Assembly (NCBI GenBank): GCA_035546815.1
Contig: DASZWB010000001.1
Coordinates: 20,667-84,666 of the forward strand
Direction: 5' to 3'
Source of the DNA: Candidatus Saccharimonadales bacterium
GTDB taxonomy: Bacteria > Patescibacteriota > Saccharimonadia > Saccharimonadales > UBA4665
Length of the DNA stretch: 64,000 bases
A program made the translations under genes and the position numbers. This document shows, one piece after another, positions 33,528-42,539 of this stretch (position 1 is its first letter; each line of letters starts with the position of its first letter). The notes under the pieces are model-generated. The model did not search any database and was not told where the DNA came from. It saw only the letters and a program-made list of their open reading frames with translations.

Positions 33528-34201
33528 TTGATCGCCTTCTTGGTTATGCCGATTGTCTTGACCGGCTGATAGTACGTATGAGCATTGATGGTCGCCGTCA
33601 TGCTGTTAGTGCTGCCGCTTATATCAAGTTTATCGACTACAATGGGCCGGATAGAACGCTGCAGCGTGGTTAAGAGCTGGCCAATGCTGGTGTAGCTGGC
33701 ATTACTCACGCTGAACGAAAATGGAATGCTTACCGGTTGCGGGTTAGGACTTGAGGTGTTGTTTTGCTGATTCAGCTGATCGTCAGTGCCGGTTATGCTG
33801 CTCACCTGCAAGCCGCTATCAACGAGGATTTTCTCGATGCTGGAAGCCAAAGCCGGAAAATCGTAAGTCGGTGGCAAAGCGTCCAGAACAATCTTAGAGT
33901 TAGACCCGTCGTTATCGCCCGTACCGGCAGCATTGCCGCCAATCACGTTAGTGGCAGCTCCATCAAAGGCCTTATAGGACGTCTGCAAGTCGCCGAAGGT
34001 GTTAATATTTTGCTGCAATTGTTTGTGAGCCTTTTCTTTGGCACTTATCACTCTGCCCTGATAGCGATTTTGGCTAAAGACCGCTTTGGCGGCGAACAAA
34101 CAGAAAACCGTAATGAATGCGGCCACGGCCACGATAAACACCATTTGCGCCTGCGTTTTATCAATTGCTACTCGTTTGGTGGAAATTTGCGGGGTTTTCA
34201 T
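33524..34201 (-). CDS. PilO-like pilus assembly protein
   Basis: 225 aa with an N-terminal TM followed by a coiled-coil. Position after pilN and 4-nt overlaps on both sides support the call. Confidence 0.45.
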   Translation of the reverse strand: MKTPQISTKRVAIDKTQAQMVFIVAVAAFITVFCLFAAKAVFSQNRYQGRVISAKEKAHKQLQQNINTFGDLQTSYKAFDGAATNVIGGNAAGTGDNDGSNSKIVLDALPPTYDFPALASSIEKILVDSGLQVSSITGTDDQLNQQNNTSSPNPQPVSIPFSFSVSNASYTSIGQLLTTLQRSIRPIVVDKLDISGSTNSMTATINAHTYYQPVKTIGITKKAIK

Positions 34202-34923
34202 TGTTGGCCTCCATTTGTCGTCGAGCTTGTCGGGCTTGGGCTCGGTGCGGCCTTAAACAAGTCATTCGGATCATTAGCACTCAGGTATGTAGTGGTAATG
34301 CTCGGCACGGTCAATTTAACGTTCTGGGTTATATCAAAGATGGTGGTGTCGTATGACAAAGTAATCGAATAGCTGGCCGACTGACTGGTGCCGGCGCCAG
34401 AGCCGCTGCTGAGGCTAAAGCTGCTCAGCACAATGTTGCTGAAGGCCGGTTGGCCGGAGGGGTTGTTATCGGAAGTGTAGGTGGTTGATTTGAGGGTATC
34501 GACATATTGGTTAACATGCGCCAAATTATCAGACGTACCGGTAATGGTGGCGGTCTGCTGCGTGAAATCAATTGTAAAGTCGGAGATACTGACGCTTGTT
34601 GGTGTCACTTCGTTCAAATAGTCAAATAACCTGCTAGCCGCCGGCTCCTGCGAGTGCAAATTCGTCAGGCTGTTCAGCTGGTTTTGGACGGTTAGAATTT
34701 TGTTGATTTGCGGCTCGTTCTGCAGTTTGGAGCTTTCCGAATTGATGTCTTTATTCAGGTCGCTGAGGTGCTTTTTTTGCAGGCCGTCAACGCTCAACAG
34801 CAGCAGCAGAATGACGATGGCCACGCCGGCCACCAGGAAGGAGGCGCTCAACACCAGGCGGCGCGTGCGCTCGGCCTTGATGTAAGCAAGTTTGATGTCG
34901 GGCAGTAGGTTGAGCTGAATCAT
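34198..34923 (-). CDS. pilN: PilN (fimbrial assembly) protein
   Basis: MIQLNLLPDIKLAYIKAERTRRLVL followed by a TM is the characteristic PilN N-terminus. Confidence 0.7.
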   Translation of the reverse strand: MIQLNLLPDIKLAYIKAERTRRLVLSASFLVAGVAIVILLLLLSVDGLQKKHLSDLNKDINSESSKLQNEPQINKILTVQNQLNSLTNLHSQEPAASRLFDYLNEVTPTSVSISDFTIDFTQQTATITGTSDNLAHVNQYVDTLKSTTYTSDNNPSGQPAFSNIVLSSFSLSSGSGAGTSQSASYSITLSYDTTIFDITQNVKLTVPSITTTYLSANDPNDLFKAAPSPSPTSSTTNGGQQ

Positions 34924-35954
34924 GCTGTGCGCTCCGCCAGGCCTACCGCCACGCTAAATTGGTTCGAGATGGCCAGCAATTCGTTCTGCCGGTCTTGGCC
35001 GAAGCTGACGTTGCGCCAGGCATTGCCGATCTCCACGCTGACGCCGAATTTATTAGCCAAATACAACGGAAATTCCGGAATGATCGAGGCGCCGCCGGTG
35101 ACAATAATGCGCTCCACTTTGTTGGTGGTGTAGCGCGTCTGGAAAAACTTGATTGATTTTTCGACTTCGGTAGCCAGCAGTTCGACCGTGCCGTTGATGG
35201 CTTGGAACACCTGGCCTTCCAACTTCTCCTTGCTAAGACCGAACTTAAAGACGAATTGCTCGGCCTGTTTTTGATCGACATTCAGACCTTGGGCGGCGGA
35301 GCGGACAATCGCCTCCACGCCGGTCGGAATGCTGCGCGTGAGATGCGGCGAACCGCCGAGTACAATCACTAAATCCGTGGCGCGGTGACCGACGTCCAGC
35401 AGCAGCTGCGCGCCGCCGTCGGGCGCGCTCAGCGCCCGCGCCATCGCCAAGTTGTCCGGCTCAAAAGCCACCACATTTAGGCCGATTGACTCCAGCATGT
35501 CCAGCCGATCCTCCACAAATTTGTTAGGCACGCTGGTCAGCAAAATTTCCTGCTTGGTTTTGTCGGCCGGCGAGTCGCCCAGCAGCGCCCAATCCACTTT
35601 GGATTCGGCCAGCGGCGTCGGAATCAGCGAATCCGCCTGATACTTAATGGCTTTGGCCAGCTCGGCGCTCGGCAAGCGGTCCACGTCGGCCACGGTGGTA
35701 AACACCCGTCCCGACGGCACGCCGACGGCCACGTTTTTGGTGGTAACGTGCGCCTGGGAAACCAGCTGAGCGATGGTTTGCGCCAGTTTCTGCTGGTCGG
35801 CCTTGGAATCGCTGAGCGCAATCGTGCTGTCCAGCGGCACGTAGGCGTACTTTAAGAGCGCCTTGGGATTGCCGGCCCGCAGCTCCACCAACCGCACGGC
35901 CGTGCTACCGATATCCAGCCCGAAGAAGTCAGAATTCACACCGAGCAAATTCAT
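34920..35954 (-). CDS. pilM: Type IV pilus assembly protein PilM (actin-like ATPase fold)
   Basis: 344 aa, FGLDIGSTAVRLVEL..., with FtsA/PilM-like phosphate motifs. Confidence 0.8.
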   Translation of the reverse strand: MNLLGVNSDFFGLDIGSTAVRLVELRAGNPKALLKYAYVPLDSTIALSDSKADQQKLAQTIAQLVSQAHVTTKNVAVGVPSGRVFTTVADVDRLPSAELAKAIKYQADSLIPTPLAESKVDWALLGDSPADKTKQEILLTSVPNKFVEDRLDMLESIGLNVVAFEPDNLAMARALSAPDGGAQLLLDVGHRATDLVIVLGGSPHLTRSIPTGVEAIVRSAAQGLNVDQKQAEQFVFKFGLSKEKLEGQVFQAINGTVELLATEVEKSIKFFQTRYTTNKVERIIVTGGASIIPEFPLYLANKFGVSVEIGNAWRNVSFGQDRQNELLAISNQFSVAVGLAERTA

Positions 35955-36119
35955 GCGCCCGCCTCACTCACCGCCGAGGATTTCATGCCACGAATTATAT
36001 CATAAGCGGTTTGGCCGATTAGCGCCGCCGCTTGCGTAAATTCGCGTTGTGTTTGTTCCCCACCCATGCTCATGCTCGGTTTGCTATCTGTTTCCTGTTT
36101 ATGCTTTTATTCTACCCCA

Positions 36120-39100
36120 TCACAACACCGGTGGCAAACTGGTAATGGAATCGTCGCTGCCAGCACCATTGCCCCCATTGTTCTCGGGCTCGGTTAGGTA
36201 CAGCTCCGGAGACAATTGGAACACCTCGGCGGCGCAGGTTTTATGATCGATCCAGGTGCCGGCGTTGCTGCACTTCGTTAAAGTCGGCGGAACTATCGAC
36301 GGACCGGTGGCCTTGGGCTCGCACAAGTAGTAGCCCTTGGCCCAGGTCTGCTTGCCATCGCTGGTGCCGTCGCTATCGGCCACCTCGCTGATTGGTGTGC
36401 AGTTCTGGCTGGTGTCGTTTGTCAGACTAAACTCCAAAACCGGATCACCCGTCGCCCGGGGCTGGTTCATGCACAGCCAGTTGTCATTCCAGCCGTAGTT
36501 TTTAGAATCCGGCGCGTTCCACGGCGTACAGTACGGATACCCGTGACTCTTTATATAGTCAAGATTGGCCTGGCCGCTAGATATGTTACACCCGGCGCTG
36601 CCTATGAGCTGCTGCACCAAGGTGCAGCTATTTGCAGCGTAGGACGTCCAAGCCAGCTTGAGTGATGAGCTGTTCGGCAAACAGAGCACGTTATCGCCCC
36701 ACCCGTTCGGGTCGCCCGGCTCATTAATGGCGGTGCACGTCAAGCCAAGCGATGACGGGCTGGCTGACAGGCAGGATTCACCGTTCTGCGGCTTGCCGTA
36801 GGCGCCGCAGCTGCTCCACTCAACATTGGTAGGCAAACCAGTACTGCCAGGCACCACGGTCGGTACCTCGTCGCGCAACGAGCCGAAGGTGCGCAACAGC
36901 TTCACCTGATCGGCCACGAAACTGCCGTTCACCACCAGCTGGTTTTTGGCGCCGTTAAAGAGGCTGGAAGCAGCACAGGCTTTGTAGGCCGAGGTGCCGC
37001 AGGTGTAAATGGTGCCGCCGCTAATATAGGTACCGTCCAACTGGGTAACGCCCGCCGCGATATAAATATTGCCGCTGGCATAGAGTGTGAGCGAAGGAAT
37101 GGAATCAGTCTTGGTGCCTGGGTCGTAGCTCCAGCCGCTGGTGCTGTAAACTATCTTTCCGCTGATATAGACATCGCCGTTGACGAACACCTTGGTGTCC
37201 GGCTTAGTGATGGTGTCAGTTCCAAAATCAACCTTTGTAGTTGATCCCGATGACCCGTATTCGTAGTGCGGCGTGCTGCCGCCGAGGCTGCTGATAGTTA
37301 CCGCGGTGGTAGCGCCCGGGCTGCTCTTGGCCTGCACGTCCGCCGGCTTCGTCGGCGTCACACAAGCGTCACCCGAGCCGCCGTAGTAGCCGCCAAGCGC
37401 CGGACTATCCAAACTGCTCGAAACTGCCGGCATTGGTTTTAGCGAGCCGTCGCTGGCAGTATATTTTCCGACATTGGCAAAAGAAAGTTTATTGGGCGAG
37501 TTGGTGACCGTAGACGCCGGCTGATCGCTAGCCACGCCGGTTATCTGGAGCAGCGCCAAAGCACTGAGCTCGGAGCTGGCGCCACGATCGGCACCGGCCG
37601 GATCAGCATTATCATTCCAGCCGGCCAGCAAACCGCCGTCGGAACTGCCGGAACACGTGAAGGTGCCGCTGCTGCTAGGCTTGGCAACCTGCTTCACATC
37701 CGCCGCCAAGCCGCCGGCGCCTTTCGCCTTAAAGTACGGTTCATTGGTAATCGTCAGACAATTGCCGTTCTTAGTAGCATCATTGTCCCCCCTGTCGCCG
37801 TAACCAGATGGCCCATGATACCCGTTCCCCGGCGATATAGTCACTTTCGGACAATACTGATCGCCGGCGTTCATACTGGAAATAGGATAGTTATACTGAC
37901 GCGATATACCGGTGCCGTAAGTATCGATAGTGTCGTGCTCACCATCTACCGTGGTGCCGGAAGCGTTAGTCAGCGAGCCCTTGGTGGTAGCAGTGGTAGT
38001 GGTGCCTTCCGTCAGGCTGCCGCCTACCGTGTAGCTCACGCCGTGCTGAGTGCTGCCGGCAATATAGGGATCTTCCGCATTAGTACCAGGCACTATGCTA
38101 ACGCTTGGATCAATATTGAAGTGCTGGAAAATCGGCACGTCCACGCTGCAGTCGTCGCCCAGCGAAGCATGCGGTTCCAAATCCGGGTAAAGCGTAATGT
38201 GATAGAGCTGCGCGGTTGAAGGCGCCGTGAAATTTATGAATACCGTTCCTTCATCATACGGCTGCCCAGGCGGGTTGAGCGAAAAACCTGTGTCATTATG
38301 GGTATAGTTAGGGTTACCATTCTCTGGCGGTTCGGTCACGCTGAAGTTATAGCCACCTACAGTAGAAGGGATAGTTTCCGCACTCGGATCAGTATTATCG
38401 TTTTTAACCTGCACCTGCAACGTAAATTGATGGCCGGCTACAACCGTACCTGGAGGACCCTGCTCGTCATCTATTACCTGCGCGATACTGCAGCTGGCAT
38501 GATAGCAACCATAAGAATGATCCACCGGCGAATCACTGTCTTCAATCCAGTCAGAACCATTCCATGTATACCTATGTATTATTACGTGAACGGTTTGACT
38601 CACCGCCGCGTACTTGAGGTCTATAGTGTCTCTTCCTTGGCCGTTGTCCGCGACTAAGTAGCTGCCATCATGGTCTGTTCCCGTTAGCTGTATGTACTGT
38701 CGATGTCCATCTTGATGACTTACGTCGTAAGTGGTTTCGGAGCATCCCAGAGAGTGCGAGGCGTCACAACCATTACTGTCGGTACAGCCACCGCCATTCA
38801 TTGACACGGTCACACAGGCGTTGCTACTGCTGCCCGAAGCCGGACTACCTCCTTGCTGATTACTAAAGGTGATTCTTTGACAGTATTGTTGACCATCTTG
38901 CGCTCCGCCGGGAATTTGATAGGAAATCGATACGTTGGTGTTGGTTGTTACATAGCCAGGAGGGCTACTGCGAGCAATAACCGGACTACTATCATTGGGG
39001 TACTTCCTCACTACATTCCAGGTATAGCTAGGCTGATCACCACTAGTGGTTATGGTATGTGTAAAAGTCACTGTCTGGCCCGGCTGTGCCGTAGACGGAT

Positions 39101-39851
39101 TCACGCTTGAGTTAGCGTGTGTAGTCCAGGTGTTTGGATGCCAAATCATTTGAACAAACGTATTCTGACCGTTTGTAACTGTAAAGTAATTTTGGCCATA
39201 GCTAGAGCTCCCTTCTGTGTAATGAGGAATGGTATAAGATCCCGAAGGACCATTAACGCTTATACTCCAGTAGCCATTTTGAGTACTGCCTATGGGGGTG
39301 GGCCGAAGATTACTGAACCAAAAATGAGTGGGGCTGTTTGAGGGGCCGCAATCTAATACATATCCGTTACCTATCTGTGACGTATCCAGCCCTCCGGGAC
39401 CAAAAGCATCCCAGCCAGTGCACTGAGTAGGATGTGCACCTTCAAGGCCTAAGCTATTATCGGTATAGCTTTGAAAACTATTTGTACGATTACTAAAATT
39501 CCCATCAATATCCATAAATATTCTGTCATTCAAATTTGTTTGCTGACCGTTTACCACGCCCCAGTCTGGGTCAGTTCCTGATATACCAGAATTTATATGG
39601 TAGACCGTATCTATCGACTGATTAGTAGAGGCATCATAGGCACTTACAATTAGCCCTGCCATGTTACCGCCATGAGCACCGTTATATTGGGGGCTGACCC
39701 CCCAATTGAAGCTATTTTGAGCCTGCGAAAAAGCAGTCGGATTTGAAGGGCATTGGCCAGTATTGGCCTCAGCCTTATGGCCAGGTAATATTATCCCAGC
39801 ACCTAAAACTACTAGAGCAAAAATACCAATTTTTATAGTCAACTTAAACAT
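36120..39851 (-). CDS. Giant secreted protein (1243 aa), possible pilus-associated adhesin
   Basis: Signal peptide MFKLTIKIGIFALVVLGAGIILPGHKAEA. The middle has Ig-like repeat signatures (QYCQRITF...ACVTV; QYCPKVTISP...NCLTITNEPYFKAKG). The C-terminus has three Cys-bounded W-x-DN-x-LC-type modules. Its start overlaps the upstream gene by 8 nt. Confidence 0.6.
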   Translation of the reverse strand: MFKLTIKIGIFALVVLGAGIILPGHKAEANTGQCPSNPTAFSQAQNSFNWGVSPQYNGAHGGNMAGLIVSAYDASTNQSIDTVYHINSGISGTDPDWGVVNGQQTNLNDRIFMDIDGNFSNRTNSFQSYTDNSLGLEGAHPTQCTGWDAFGPGGLDTSQIGNGYVLDCGPSNSPTHFWFSNLRPTPIGSTQNGYWSISVNGPSGSYTIPHYTEGSSSYGQNYFTVTNGQNTFVQMIWHPNTWTTHANSSVNPSTAQPGQTVTFTHTITTSGDQPSYTWNVVRKYPNDSSPVIARSSPPGYVTTNTNVSISYQIPGGAQDGQQYCQRITFSNQQGGSPASGSSSNACVTVSMNGGGCTDSNGCDASHSLGCSETTYDVSHQDGHRQYIQLTGTDHDGSYLVADNGQGRDTIDLKYAAVSQTVHVIIHRYTWNGSDWIEDSDSPVDHSYGCYHASCSIAQVIDDEQGPPGTVVAGHQFTLQVQVKNDNTDPSAETIPSTVGGYNFSVTEPPENGNPNYTHNDTGFSLNPPGQPYDEGTVFINFTAPSTAQLYHITLYPDLEPHASLGDDCSVDVPIFQHFNIDPSVSIVPGTNAEDPYIAGSTQHGVSYTVGGSLTEGTTTTATTKGSLTNASGTTVDGEHDTIDTYGTGISRQYNYPISSMNAGDQYCPKVTISPGNGYHGPSGYGDRGDNDATKNGNCLTITNEPYFKAKGAGGLAADVKQVAKPSSSGTFTCSGSSDGGLLAGWNDNADPAGADRGASSELSALALLQITGVASDQPASTVTNSPNKLSFANVGKYTASDGSLKPMPAVSSSLDSPALGGYYGGSGDACVTPTKPADVQAKSSPGATTAVTISSLGGSTPHYEYGSSGSTTKVDFGTDTITKPDTKVFVNGDVYISGKIVYSTSGWSYDPGTKTDSIPSLTLYASGNIYIAAGVTQLDGTYISGGTIYTCGTSAYKACAASSLFNGAKNQLVVNGSFVADQVKLLRTFGSLRDEVPTVVPGSTGLPTNVEWSSCGAYGKPQNGESCLSASPSSLGLTCTAINEPGDPNGWGDNVLCLPNSSSLKLAWTSYAANSCTLVQQLIGSAGCNISSGQANLDYIKSHGYPYCTPWNAPDSKNYGWNDNWLCMNQPRATGDPVLEFSLTNDTSQNCTPISEVADSDGTSDGKQTWAKGYYLCEPKATGPSIVPPTLTKCSNAGTWIDHKTCAAEVFQLSPELYLTEPENNGGNGAGSDDSITSLPPVL

Positions 39852-40860
39852 AGACTTTATATCCCAGCTTCTGCTTAGATTGATTTAGGTACTGGGCATA
39901 TGTTAAGCCACTATTGCCACCTTTAGTTGAATCCATCTTTACTATCAAGTAATACGAATCAGTGGTAACATTTTTTTTCGTAAGGGAATTATTTACACTT
40001 ACCACAAATGGTGCAGAAATTTGACCAGCTTTCATACTGTGTATCTTCCCTTGAATTGATTTAGGTAAAATAAGTGGGGTTGCCGGTAAAAATATATTTG
40101 AAGTGTCAAAGGAACCTGAATGGGGAAGTGTTTGATACGCTTGTAGACCTAGCTGTGGGTCGTCGTGTTCCTCTTGTATGGCCTGATCAAAGGTTATTTT
40201 GTGGGTCTTAATTTCATTGTAGATATTTGTAATAAAATTATCCGCGTACTGTTTATCTTGAGCGATGGCCGAGGCATTACCCATCAGGGGGTCAGATGCC
40301 TCTTGAAGTCCTAAAGCCGGGGACTGGAATGCAATGTGTCGGCTAAAGTTAGCAACTATAAGTTGCCCCTTATAAAGGCCCTCCGTATATGCCAATAATT
40401 TATCAAAATAAACGCTGTTCAAATCACTTTGATACACATATTTATTTGTATTTTTTTGGCTGACTATCGATGGACCAAACTTGGCGGTGACGTCACTATC
40501 ACCTACTGTAATGCCGGCTTTTTTAGCCATGGCCTCAGTTAGGTATTTGTCAGCCAGTACGACAGTCGCTTGATGGGCGGTAACTCCCTGGGTTGTACCT
40601 ATTAAATTATCAACGTCTTTCTTATATATTTTATGCCCGGCGGCCTGCGCATACACTTTTTGACCAGGCTTGGCTATATAAACCACCGCCAGAATAATAA
40701 TTACGACCAATAAAATACACGCTGTAAAAATAAAGAGCGCCCTTTTCGTAGGGCGACCACCGCGCCACCAGCGCTTGCCCGCCGCTTGCCCACCGCTGCC
40801 GACCTTTATATCGGAATTCAGGCTAGCGCCCTCGGTATCAGTATTTTTATTAGCCACCAT
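39844..40860 (-). CDS. Membrane-anchored hypothetical protein (SurA_N-like chaperone region possible)
   Basis: 338 aa with an N-terminal TM. AT-rich codon usage differs from the flanking core genes. Confidence 0.45.
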   Translation of the reverse strand: MVANKNTDTEGASLNSDIKVGSGGQAAGKRWWRGGRPTKRALFIFTACILLVVIIILAVVYIAKPGQKVYAQAAGHKIYKKDVDNLIGTTQGVTAHQATVVLADKYLTEAMAKKAGITVGDSDVTAKFGPSIVSQKNTNKYVYQSDLNSVYFDKLLAYTEGLYKGQLIVANFSRHIAFQSPALGLQEASDPLMGNASAIAQDKQYADNFITNIYNEIKTHKITFDQAIQEEHDDPQLGLQAYQTLPHSGSFDTSNIFLPATPLILPKSIQGKIHSMKAGQISAPFVVSVNNSLTKKNVTTDSYYLIVKMDSTKGGNSGLTYAQYLNQSKQKLGYKVYV

Positions 40861-40943
40861 GGATATATCCTGGCTAACAGTATAGAAACATAACCGTTAT
40901 GACGCAAGTTTCGAGCGCCCATGTTTTTTCCTGAATTCAGACT

Positions 40944-41675
40944 CTAAGAGTTGCCCCAATTTTGGCGGAGATCTTTAGTGGCCTCTTCACTTTCTTTGGC
41001 TTGAGCACAATTGCCGTGGACAGCTATACGTAGCGTAAAGTTTCTTTTAGCTTCTACCTTATGTGTCTGCGTATTTTTAATACTTTCTGTCAATGTCAGC
41101 TCAGTTTTCTGAAACTTCCCATTCTCACACTCATTAAAAAGATAATCGGGCCACGCATGAGAAGGCCCATAATTAAGCTCGCTCTCACCTTCTTGATTGC
41201 CAATATAAACAGGATTGTTAGGAGGCCCAAGTTTTATCATAGTTTCAGCATCACCTCTTTTCCCCATCTTTATTTGGCCATGAGAAACCCTTTCCCATAA
41301 AGGCCCGCAACCTATTGGCATAGAAGAATATTCGAACTCACCCGAAATATTCTGAATATAGTAGTGATGAGGTGTAAAAGGCCTAATACCGGCGTGGTTC
41401 ATTACAAGAGGCTTTTTAACTAAGGGTTTTTCAAGTCCCGCACGAATGCACTCCTGTTTTGAAGGCGCCTCGAAGACCCCTTGAGTGCTTGTAGTATTCG
41501 GCTCATTTTCAGCTCCTACCGGTTCAGCTACATAAGCTTCCGCAGCGCTTGCTACACCTAGAGAAGCTATACCAATGGTAGCAAGTTGACCGATACGACT
41601 ATTGCGAAAAGCTGTTTCGAGGCGTTCAAATACACCAGGATTGTCAACAATGGGTGCCTGATTAGGGTTGCTCAT
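40944..41675 (-). CDS. Hypothetical secreted protein
   Basis: 243 aa with a hydrophobic N-terminal segment (IGQLATIGIASLGVASAAEA). The gene is AT-rich and I recognise no family. Confidence 0.45.
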   Translation of the reverse strand: MSNPNQAPIVDNPGVFERLETAFRNSRIGQLATIGIASLGVASAAEAYVAEPVGAENEPNTTSTQGVFEAPSKQECIRAGLEKPLVKKPLVMNHAGIRPFTPHHYYIQNISGEFEYSSMPIGCGPLWERVSHGQIKMGKRGDAETMIKLGPPNNPVYIGNQEGESELNYGPSHAWPDYLFNECENGKFQKTELTLTESIKNTQTHKVEAKRNFTLRIAVHGNCAQAKESEEATKDLRQNWGNS

Positions 41676-41851
41676 CTCTAGAACCTCACATTAATGATTC
41701 TAAGTCATCTTATACACCTTTTTTTACCAGGGGTCAAGCTTAAGCACAATGAGAAATTTCACATTGTTTTAATATTTCTAGGCGTCTAAGTCTCGTAAAA
41801 AACGATTGGCGAAATGGAAAGCCCGCCTGACGCAACTAGTCCCCACCTACC

Positions 41852-42115
41852 CTACCGCCGGCGATACACTTCCCGCCGGTGCTGCACTCGCAACAGGCGG
41901 ATGGTTTTGCCTTCGGCATCAAAAATAATTCTGTAGGGCCCTATCCGCCAGCGATATGTGCCGGCAGCGGCATCGACAAGTTTTTTGGCATGCTCTAACG
42001 GGTCCGGCTGATCTAAAAAGAACTTCAGTTTCTTGGCTATGCGCCGCTGGGTTACAGTATCCAACGCCTGCAGATCCTTTTTGGCGCGGCCCTCAATTTT
42101 CAGTCGGTAACTCAC
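41852..42115 (-). CDS. Type II toxin, RelE/ParE family
   Basis: 87 aa with a GTG start. YRLKIEGRAKKDLQALD...YRWRIGPYRIIFDAEGKTIRLLRVQHRREVY is a typical RelE/ParE fold signature. Confidence 0.75.
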   Translation of the reverse strand: MSYRLKIEGRAKKDLQALDTVTQRRIAKKLKFFLDQPDPLEHAKKLVDAAAGTYRWRIGPYRIIFDAEGKTIRLLRVQHRREVYRRR

Positions 42116-42157
42116 CGCGCGCCGGCCTCGCCCTGTACACGGCGTATATGCCGAGCC

Positions 42158-42415
42158 TTACGACTCATCCCAGAGATCACCAAAAACCTCCTGAGGCGTA
42201 TACCAGTCTTTGCTGGCGCGCGCTTCGGCGATACTCTTCACGTAAGCCGGATCGTTCACGGCTAGCAGATCTTCCAGCATATCGATATCCACCAGCGCCG
42301 ACTCCACTTTGCCGCGCCGTTTTACCAGAATGACATTCTTACTGCCATGAACCGCGTCCAAGGCTTCGGATAAATTTTTGCGCATCATTGACGCGTCGAT
42401 AGTTTTGGCACTCAT
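42158..42415 (-). CDS. Type II antitoxin, Phd/YefM family
   Basis: MSAKTIDASMMRKNLSEALDAVHGSKNVILVKRRGKVESALVDIDMLEDLL. The start is preceded by AGGAG, and imperfect inverted repeats lie just upstream. Confidence 0.75.
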   Translation of the reverse strand: MSAKTIDASMMRKNLSEALDAVHGSKNVILVKRRGKVESALVDIDMLEDLLAVNDPAYVKSIAEARASKDWYTPQEVFGDLWDES

Positions 42416-42539
42416 GATATAGCTCCTAGCGTACATAATAAAGTTACATCCGTATTGTACGTTTGTTAGTTGATTATTTCAAGTGTCCTGTAGCTTATCC
42501 CCTACCTTTCTTGGAGGTTTAGTCTGCGAATACGTCGGC

